From contig DAIREN010000002.1 of NCBI GenBank assembly GCA_036795535.1, positions 1 through 48,354 on the forward strand: a DNA stretch of 48,354 nt. Direction: 5' to 3'. The stretch is from Spirochaetota bacterium. GTDB lineage: Bacteria > Spirochaetota > JAGLSM01 > JAKPMW01. The position numbers and the translations under genes are program-made. Positions within the stretch are counted from its first letter, which is position 1, and each line of letters begins with the position of its first letter. The notes below the pieces were generated by a model, which saw only the letters and a program-made list of their open reading frames with translations, was not told where the DNA came from and did no database searches. Shown here one piece after another: positions 41,703 to 48,354 of this stretch.

Positions 41703-43586
41703 TCAGACCGGAGGAAAGCTCAGGATGAAGATCGTGCCCCGGCCGGGTTCACTGACAACACGCACTGTACCGGAATTCTGGTCAACAAGATCCCGGACCA
41801 TGGCCAGGCCCAAGCCTGTTCCCTTGCCTTCCTCCTTGGTGGTAAAGAACGGCTCAAAAATCCTGTCAAGAATCCCGGGAGGGATCCCCTCCCCCTCATC
41901 CTGGATCCAGAGTTCAATTCTGGGGATCCCCTCTCCATCAACAGCCGACTCGGTCCGGAACGTCACCCGCCCGCCCGCCGGCATGGCATCCCTGGCATTG
42001 ATGAAGAGATTCATGACAATCTGACCGAGTTGGACTCTGTCAAACAGGACGCGAGGCAAGAGTCTTCCACGCTCGCGCCTGATCTCCACATGCTCCCCTC
42101 CGATCCGTTCCAGGAGGGGCTGGATCCCGTCGATCACCTCATCGATCTGACCGGGTTCTCTCTTGCCCGGTTGTTGTCTTCCCCAGGAGAGAAGTTCTGC
42201 CACAAGCGCTCCGGCCCTCCGGCTCGCCGATTCGAGTTGGGCGATCAACTCCATGTCGGACGGCTCTCCCTGGCGGGAGAGTTTCAATAATTCTATGATC
42301 GAATACATGACCTGAAGAATGTTGTTGAAATCATGCGCCACCCCGCTCGACATCCGCCCGAGAGCGTCTATTTTTTGCATTTGCAGGAGCCCGCGTTCCA
42401 GTGCCAGTCTCTCGTCGGAAAGATGATGAATCCGTTCTGCCATCCGGGTCAAGGCATGGGCGATCTGCCGGATCTCCTGATACTGCCAAACCTGGGTCGA
42501 CCATCTCTCCGGTGTCTCGAGAGTAATCCGTTCAAGACCGGCCAACATCCGGTCCATCTCGCGCTTGAATGTCCGTGTTCCAAGCCAGACAATCAGGGAA
42601 ACAATGGCGCAGAGCGTCAGAAAGAGGATGCGCCCGCCCGTATTGACCGACCGAATCTCCGCCAGACGGTCCTCGTCCGGAACAAGCTGGACCAACAAAA
42701 ACCCGTCCCGACTCAATCCGCTCCAGGAGTGCCAGGTTTTTCCGGAAATCTTCAATCCGTTCCGGATAATGGTCTTCCCAGCCTCGGGTTCGCCCACCAG
42801 GGAGGCCAGCCCGGTTTTTCTCCAATCGGACAGAATCGGAAGAGAGTGCTCTCCTCTTCCGGTACTCAGCAGGACCCGGCCCGAGGGCTGGTGAATCAGC
42901 CATGTCTCGACACCCTTGGCTGTCCCCAGACTTGTGATGAAATCGGCCATTCCGCGAACACCCCAGTCCGTCGAGGTGACACCGATATACCGTCCCTCCG
43001 CATCCTGGATCACGGCACTGGTCGTGATCAAGTAGCGTTCTTTTCCAACCCGGTCTTCATAGGGTGCACTCCACCAGACTCTGCCGTCACGGACCTGACC
43101 GCGATCCCATCCGATGGGCAGGGCTACGGTGTACCAGTCCCTCTGGTGATAATCATATTCGGGAGTATCGTACTCTTGGGTATAGACGAGTTCCCCGTCC
43201 TCATGATAGGCGTAGGGCCCGTACCAGCGCCGATCCGGGAAGAAAGCGTACGGCTCGAACCAAAGCCCGCCACCCAGTGCCTCGGGCAAGGAACGCATAC
43301 TCTCCATGATAAACCGTTTGACAACGGCATGAGCCGTATCGGGTGACATCCCGCTCCGCGCAGCATGCAAGGCCGATCCACCCGCAGCGAGACGGAGTGC
43401 ACTCTGTTTCATGAAGGTGGTTTGCCTGTCAAGCTGCTCAACGGAGTGCTTGAAGAGCGTTGCCATCTCGCCGTCCTTGACGGCAAGCACCATATCTCCC
43501 TTGGCTTCCTGGTAGATATAGAGCAAGGCAAAAAAAACGGCAGAAACCGTCATCAGGATAATGATGCGGCTTTTGATGGTATGCAT
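41703..43586 (-). CDS. Sensor histidine kinase with a periplasmic Cache-like domain
   Basis: Two TM helices flank an aromatic-rich sensor region (WYGPYAYHEDGELVY...DWYTVAL...WWSAPYED). H-box SSGVAHDFNNILQ and ATPase region DEGEGIPPGILDRIFEPFFTTKEEGKGTGLGLAMV. The ATG at 43586 has an AGGAGGAG ribosome-binding site. Confidence 0.85.
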   Translation of the reverse strand: MHTIKSRIIILMTVSAVFFALLYIYQEAKGDMVLAVKDGEMATLFKHSVEQLDRQTTFMKQSALRLAAGGSALHAARSGMSPDTAHAVVKRFIMESMRSLPEALGGGLWFEPYAFFPDRRWYGPYAYHEDGELVYTQEYDTPEYDYHQRDWYTVALPIGWDRGQVRDGRVWWSAPYEDRVGKERYLITTSAVIQDAEGRYIGVTSTDWGVRGMADFITSLGTAKGVETWLIHQPSGRVLLSTGRGEHSLPILSDWRKTGLASLVGEPEAGKTIIRNGLKISGKTWHSWSGLSRDGFLLVQLVPDEDRLAEIRSVNTGGRILFLTLCAIVSLIVWLGTRTFKREMDRMLAGLERITLETPERWSTQVWQYQEIRQIAHALTRMAERIHHLSDERLALERGLLQMQKIDALGRMSSGVAHDFNNILQVMYSIIELLKLSRQGEPSDMELIAQLESASRRAGALVAELLSWGRQQPGKREPGQIDEVIDGIQPLLERIGGEHVEIRRERGRLLPRVLFDRVQLGQIVMNLFINARDAMPAGGRVTFRTESAVDGEGIPRIELWIQDEGEGIPPGILDRIFEPFFTTKEEGKGTGLGLAMVRDLVDQNSGTVRVVSEPGRGTIFILSFPPV

Positions 43587-43660
43587 CACTCCTCCTGTTC
43601 CAATCCCCGTAAACGAGTATACACGTTTGCGGGGATTGCACAAGAGTGAAAGGAAAATCA

Positions 43661-45007
43661 CTATCTGATAATATTCATAATATCAAAAAACATGACAAAG
43701 ATAAAAAGCGACATGAGGATGATGATCCCGGTCATTTGGATCCGCCGGAGAACCGCGAAAGAGAACCGCTTGCGCCGGATCATCTCGATCAAGGTCAGGA
43801 CCACATGTCCACCGTCGGCCGCCGGAATCGGGAGAAGGTTGAAAAACCCGAGCGCTATGGAAATCATCGCCAGGAACATCAGATAGCCAGCGGTCGTGCT
43901 CTCCTTCATGACCTGCCCGGAAAAATGCACAATCCTCAAGGGTCCAGCCACGGCCTTGCCTGCATCAACTTCCTTGCGAAAGAGGAGGGCAATCCCGTCA
44001 ACAATCCTGCCGATATTTTGCCCGAACAGGGAGAATGCTCCGGCCAACGACTCGCCAATGGAGAGACCGTCCAATGAGTACTCCTGCAGCACGGGTGGTG
44101 TGGGTGTGAACCCGAGGACCCATGCCCCGTCACGCTGGATGGCAGAGGCGCGTCCCTGGAGGATCTTCCCCTTGCGTTCCCAACGGATCTCGACCTCACG
44201 GGCACCGGTTTCGGCTATCCTGGCCTTGAGTTCATGCAGGGATTGGACAGGAAGGGAATTCCATGCAAGAATCCGGTCCCCGGGAAGCAGGCCCAGCTTC
44301 TTGGCCGGTGTGCCCGATTCGACACCACTGACAGTTGTTCCGTAATATGGAAGGATACCGATATATCCCATCCCGGTATCCTTGATGATGGAGTCGACAG
44401 CAATTTGTCCCGCATTTGTAGAACGGAGAATCTCCAACCGGATCGTCCGGTCCGGTCGGACGGCGATCTCCTCCTGCAACTTCCTGAAATCAGGAGTGGC
44501 AATACCATCAACGGATCGGATTTTATCCCCGGTCCTGAGACCGGCAGTTGCTGCAGGCCAGACACCCGCCTTGGGATCAATCGTCTGGTCGATCACCGTG
44601 ATCCTGTTGTCCGGAGAGGTATAGCTGTACCCGGTCAATCCGAGGACAATGAAAATCAGGATCGCAAGAACGAAGTTGAAAACGACACCGGCGCTGACCG
44701 TGATCAGTCTGGCCCAGGCCGGGCGTTCGTAGAACTCGTCCGGTTCCCCTTTTTTGTCGTCACCAAGATCCTCGCCCTCACCTGCGAAACGGCAATAGCC
44801 GCCGATCGGTATCCAGCCGATCTTGTAGAGGGTACCACCCCGTTCAAAGGAAACGATCCCCCTCCCGAATCCGATGGAGAAGGCCGTCACCCGGATCCCG
44901 ACGGCCTTACCCGCCAGAAAGTGGCCAAGCTCGTGTACAAAGACGAGTATCCCCAGCGTGATCAAACCATACACTATCGAAAGTACTGTATCCATCGCCC
45001 CATCCAA
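43661..45007 (-). CDS. rseP: RIP (site-2) zinc metalloprotease RseP
   Basis: HELGHFLAGK (HExxH) in the first TM helix, PDZ-like middle region, C-terminal LNLLPIPAADGGH. Confidence 0.9.
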   Translation of the reverse strand: MDGAMDTVLSIVYGLITLGILVFVHELGHFLAGKAVGIRVTAFSIGFGRGIVSFERGGTLYKIGWIPIGGYCRFAGEGEDLGDDKKGEPDEFYERPAWARLITVSAGVVFNFVLAILIFIVLGLTGYSYTSPDNRITVIDQTIDPKAGVWPAATAGLRTGDKIRSVDGIATPDFRKLQEEIAVRPDRTIRLEILRSTNAGQIAVDSIIKDTGMGYIGILPYYGTTVSGVESGTPAKKLGLLPGDRILAWNSLPVQSLHELKARIAETGAREVEIRWERKGKILQGRASAIQRDGAWVLGFTPTPPVLQEYSLDGLSIGESLAGAFSLFGQNIGRIVDGIALLFRKEVDAGKAVAGPLRIVHFSGQVMKESTTAGYLMFLAMISIALGFFNLLPIPAADGGHVVLTLIEMIRRKRFSFAVLRRIQMTGIIILMSLFIFVMFFDIMNIIR

Positions 45008-45037
45008 TCCTCATCCCGCAAAGTACGCCAATGTGCT

Positions 45038-45961
45038 TCAACCCGCTCCGGCCAGGAGAATCGTGAGTCCCAACACAAGGGGAGAAACAACCATCTGGGC
45101 ATCAAAAACATCCAGAAGACCACCATGACCGGGAACAAGACTCCCCGAATCCTTGGTTCCGAGCGAGCGTTTCAAAACACTCTCGGCCAAGTCACCGACC
45201 TGCCCTGCCATGCTGAAGACAAGGGCCAGAGCCAGAAACTCCGGCCAATGCATCATCACCCAGCCACTGTAGGCAGCCGGGAAAGCGAGCTTGAGAAGTG
45301 CTGCCGACAGAACTCCAAAAACGGCTCCCCCGATCGTTCCCTCGACAGTCTTGTTGGGACTGGCCGCAAGACCAAGACGGTGTCTCCCGAGAAGTTTCCC
45401 GATGAACAGCGCAAAGGAGTCCGTCACCCACACCACGACAAAGGCGAGCAAAACAAGCCATGGTCCCTTGCCGGGCAGGGCATGGAGAATCGCCAGGGAA
45501 CCGAATCCAAAACCGATCCAGGGGATGGAGAGAAACCCAAGTCCGATCTCCCTGAAGGATCCATCAAAATTCTCGCGCCGGATCTGGACCAAAAAAAACG
45601 CCAACAAAAATCCGACGAGAAAAACAAGCACAACGGCAAAAACCTTGAGAGAGAGAATCATCGCCACCTGCCCGACAGCATTCCCGAGTTCGGAATCCGC
45701 TCCCGAGATGGCGGCGGCGGCACTTCGCAGTGACGCGCCCAGGACAAAGGAAAGAGAGACCGTCCCCGTTACGGCCAGCATCCCGATAAGACGGGTCCCC
45801 TGTGAACAGGCATCTCCAACCAGATCGAAATACTCATGGGCCGTCAACCAGGAACAGACAAGCAAGACCCCCAAAAAAACGATCCCGCCACTGAACGTTT
45901 CGAATATGGAAAAAACAACCAGCGGAATGAACAATACCGCCGAGAGAATCCGTTCAAGCAT
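45038..45961 (-). CDS. cdsA: Phosphatidate cytidylyltransferase
   Basis: Polytopic membrane protein with the CdsA signature SVLKRSLGTKDSGSLVPGHGGLLDVFD. The ATG at 45961 overlaps the uppS stop by 8 nt (ATGCTTGA). The longer ORF-track start would overlap uppS by about 175 nt. Confidence 0.88.
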   Translation of the reverse strand: MLERILSAVLFIPLVVFSIFETFSGGIVFLGVLLVCSWLTAHEYFDLVGDACSQGTRLIGMLAVTGTVSLSFVLGASLRSAAAAISGADSELGNAVGQVAMILSLKVFAVVLVFLVGFLLAFFLVQIRRENFDGSFREIGLGFLSIPWIGFGFGSLAILHALPGKGPWLVLLAFVVVWVTDSFALFIGKLLGRHRLGLAASPNKTVEGTIGGAVFGVLSAALLKLAFPAAYSGWVMMHWPEFLALALVFSMAGQVGDLAESVLKRSLGTKDSGSLVPGHGGLLDVFDAQMVVSPLVLGLTILLAGAG

Positions 45962-46691
45962 GGCATCCCCCCTCACCGGCTGCACCAAAGCGCCGTTCCC
46001 GTTTTTGAAATGCTTGAACAGCCTCTGCAAAATCCCGGTCCGCAAAATCGGGCCAGAAACGCTCCGTAAACCAGAGTTCTGCATAGGCTGACTGCCAGAG
46101 ACAAAAATTGCTGATTCGCAACTCTCCACTGGTCCGGATCACCAGATCGACATCGGACAGCCAGGGGTGATCAAGTCCCTCGCGAAAATTCCCCTCATCA
46201 AGAATCTCCGGGGAATAGCCGCGCTCCATCAGCCGGCGACAGGCTCGGACAATCTCATCCCGGCCACTGTAGTTCATGGCCAGATTGAGGATCTTGCCCT
46301 GATTGGATGCCGTCTCCTCCGCCATGACACGGAAGATCTGGATGATGTCTTCCGGAAGTCCGCCGGTATCCCCGGAATGGAGGACACGGACCCGGCGTTT
46401 TTTAAGTGTCGGGAATTCGGATTTGTAAAACTGTCTGAGCAGATGGAAGAGCCCGTCCAGCTCCTCCTGCGACCGCTTCCAGTTCTCCCGAGAGAAACAA
46501 AAAAGCGTCACGGCCTTGACCGGTGTCTTTTGCACCAGCGTCAGGAATTTCTTGAGCGCCTGCATCCCGGCCCTGTGCCCCCGATTGCGGGAATACCCTC
46601 TGGCTTTTGCCCAGCGACCGTTCCCGTCCATGATGATCCCGACATGGTCGGGGAAACGCTCATCATCAAGCTCGATATCTGCTATCTTCAT
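45954..46691 (-). CDS. uppS: Undecaprenyl-diphosphate synthase
   Basis: HVGIIMDGNGRWAKARG...RTSGELRISNFCLWQSAYAEL. Confidence 0.95.
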   Translation of the reverse strand: MKIADIELDDERFPDHVGIIMDGNGRWAKARGYSRNRGHRAGMQALKKFLTLVQKTPVKAVTLFCFSRENWKRSQEELDGLFHLLRQFYKSEFPTLKKRRVRVLHSGDTGGLPEDIIQIFRVMAEETASNQGKILNLAMNYSGRDEIVRACRRLMERGYSPEILDEGNFREGLDHPWLSDVDLVIRTSGELRISNFCLWQSAYAELWFTERFWPDFADRDFAEAVQAFQKRERRFGAAGEGGCHA

Positions 46692-46727
46692 GACCCCGTC
46701 CCGGTTCGCGCATGCAACAGGCCGCTC

Positions 46728-47288
46728 TCAAACTTCCATGATCTCTTTTTCTTTGTTCTTCAGCAACTGATCAATGCTCTTGACGGCATCATCCGTCAAT
46801 TTCTGGGTCTGATCAATCGCGCGCTTCTCGTCGTCCTCACTGATCTGGTGGTCCTTGAGCAGCTTTTTGAATCCGTCATTGGTATCCCGGCGGATGTTCC
46901 GCAGGGCGACCTTCCCCTCTTCAGCAAGCTTTTGCGCATACTTGACAAATTCCTTGCGTCGCTCCTCGGTCAACTCGGGAAAAGTCAGTCTGAGAATCTT
47001 CCCATCGAAATTGATCCCGAGTCCGAGATTGGCTTTCTGCAGGGCTTTGTCGATCGCCTGACCGGCACCGGCATCCCAGGGAGTGACAACGATCACCCTC
47101 GGTTCCGGAACCGAGAGCGTTGCCAACTGCGAGATGGACATCTGCTGCCCGTAATACTCGACCCGGACGTCATCCAGCACAGTGGCACTGGCGCGACCGG
47201 TTCTGATATGCGAAAATTCTTTGCGTACCGTGGCAATCGTCTTTTCGATGCGTGCACTCATATCCTTGATGGCTTCTGATGCTGGCAT
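46728..47288 (-). CDS. frr: Ribosome recycling factor
   Basis: 186 aa, IRTGRASATVLDDVRVEYYGQ...LRNIRRD. Confidence 0.96.
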   Translation of the reverse strand: MPASEAIKDMSARIEKTIATVRKEFSHIRTGRASATVLDDVRVEYYGQQMSISQLATLSVPEPRVIVVTPWDAGAGQAIDKALQKANLGLGINFDGKILRLTFPELTEERRKEFVKYAQKLAEEGKVALRNIRRDTNDGFKKLLKDHQISEDDEKRAIDQTQKLTDDAVKSIDQLLKNKEKEIMEV

Positions 47289-47303
47289 GAAATTCCTCCT
47301 CGA

Positions 47304-48026
47304 TTAACTGACTGTTGTCCCGCAGGATTCGCCTCGCAAAGCCTTGCTGATGGCACCGTCCCCGATCATGGAAAAAACACAAATCGGAATCCTGTTTTCC
47401 ATACAGAATGAAATGGCGGTCAGGTCCATCACGCCAAGGCGACGTTCAAGAACCTCGGGATAGGAAATGTGATCAAAGCGGACCGCATCCGGATCACGGA
47501 CGGGATCGCTTGAATAGACACCATCCACCTTGGTCGCCTTGTAGAGCATGTCGGCCCCGATCTCGGCAGCCCTGAGGGCGGCTGCTGTATCCGTGGTGAA
47601 AAAAGGGCTCCCGGTTCCGGCTGCCAGGATGACAACCCGCCCCGCATCAAGCGCGGCATTGACCGCAGGGATGGAGATCTGTCCGGCAACACCACCGATG
47701 GCAACCGCCGAATGGACCTCAGCCCGGACACCGGCCGCGATCAACACATCCCGCATGGCCAAGGCATTCATGACCGTGGCCAGCATCCCCATCTGATCGG
47801 CAGTCGTTCGGGCCAACCCGAGCGAAGCTCCTCCGGCCAGGCCTCGAAAAATATTGCCGCCGCCTATGACGACGGCAACACGGACAGCTTCGGATGCAAC
47901 AGCCTCGGCAATCTCCCGGGCGACCCGCAGGAGAATCTCCGGTGAAAACGGACCGTCTTCACCGGAGAGAGCTTCCCCACTGAGCTTCAGCAGAACCCGG
48001 CGTCGGGCAGGAGCCGGATCACTCAA
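47304..48026 (-). CDS. pyrH: UMP kinase
   Basis: RRVLLKLSGEAL...IGGGNIFRG. I prefer the TTG at 48026, which gives 240 aa and an 8-nt overlap with the tsf stop (TTGAGTGA). The ORF-track ATG at 48092 would overlap tsf by 74 nt. The start remains uncertain. Confidence 0.88.
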   Translation of the reverse strand: MSDPAPARRRVLLKLSGEALSGEDGPFSPEILLRVAREIAEAVASEAVRVAVVIGGGNIFRGLAGGASLGLARTTADQMGMLATVMNALAMRDVLIAAGVRAEVHSAVAIGGVAGQISIPAVNAALDAGRVVILAAGTGSPFFTTDTAAALRAAEIGADMLYKATKVDGVYSSDPVRDPDAVRFDHISYPEVLERRLGVMDLTAISFCMENRIPICVFSMIGDGAISKALRGESCGTTVS

Positions 48027-48354
48027 GCTCTTCCCCGACCATGTAGCGGGTAAAGCCCTTGATGCTGATCTTCGATCCGACCTTGCCGGCAACTTCGTCG
48101 GTCAACTGCTGAATGGTGAACTTGTTGTCGCGAATGAAAGCCTGATCCACAAGGGTGATCTCCTTGAAGAACTTGGAGAGCTGCCCATCGAGCATCTTCT
48201 CGACGATCTCGGCGGGCTTGCCACTCTCGGCAGCCTGCTTGCGAAGAATATCTTTTTGCTCCTCGACAACCTTGGCCGGGACACTCGAACGATCAAGCGC
48301 GACCGGGTTCATCGAAGCGACCTGCATGGCCACATCGCGGGCATAGGACTTGAA
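48019..48354 (-). CDS. tsf: Elongation factor Ts, 3' part only (gene continues beyond the window end)
   Basis: C-terminal EF-Ts sequence ...VASMNPVALDRSSVPAKVVEEQKDILRKQAAESGKPAEIVEKMLDGQLSKFFKEITLVDQAFI. The conserved tsf-pyrH-frr order supports it. Confidence 0.9.
   Translation of the reverse strand, partial: FKSYARDVAMQVASMNPVALDRSSVPAKVVEEQKDILRKQAAESGKPAEIVEKMLDGQLSKFFKEITLVDQAFIRDNKFTIQQLTDEVAGKVGSKISIKGFTRYMVGEELE

Noticed and set aside
48027-48092. ATG at 48092 as the pyrH start (ORF-track version, 262 aa).
   Set aside because: It would overlap tsf by 74 nt and add a 22-aa Arg/Ser-rich extension with no counterpart in UMP kinases. The TTG at 48026 gives a typical 240-aa protein. This remains uncertain without experimental data.

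Overview
This 48.4-kb window is almost entirely minus-strand: 46 of 48 genes, with only trxA and a HEAT-repeat gene on plus. It comes from a diderm, flagellated bacterium. The first 22.6 kb is core gene-expression machinery. Reading along the minus strand it runs tRNA-Thr, rpmG, tRNA-Trp, secE, nusG, rplKAJL, rpoBC, rpsLG, fusA, tuf, then the complete S10 operon and the start of spc, from rpsJ to a truncated rplE. The last ~5 kb is the conserved tsf-pyrH-frr-uppS-cdsA-rseP block. The less ordinary genes lie between these two blocks. First, a murA-flgF-flgG-flgA-flgI-flgJ(rod-binding only) string has no flgH and ends in a 1,944-aa secreted protein. By motif-level comparison that protein looks like a SprA-family (T9SS translocon-like) outer-membrane barrel. 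Second, a divergent trxA plus secreted HEAT-repeat protein. Third, a co-directional run of dCache histidine kinase, single-domain REC, REC-PAS-HisKA_2 kinase, SDR, adenosine deaminase and M23 peptidase. I saw no CRISPR array, IS element, integrase or rRNA. The most interesting item is the SprA-like gene attached to a flagellar P-ring operon that lacks an L-ring gene. Smaller oddities are a poly-acidic C-terminal tail on the RNA polymerase beta-prime subunit and several long, structured intercistronic spacers inside ribosomal-protein operons. Hand counts of sample lines suggest about 48-52% GC in the ribosomal-protein genes and about 62-65% in the accessory genes. All functional calls come from reading the translated ORFs against remembered family motifs; no searches were run.
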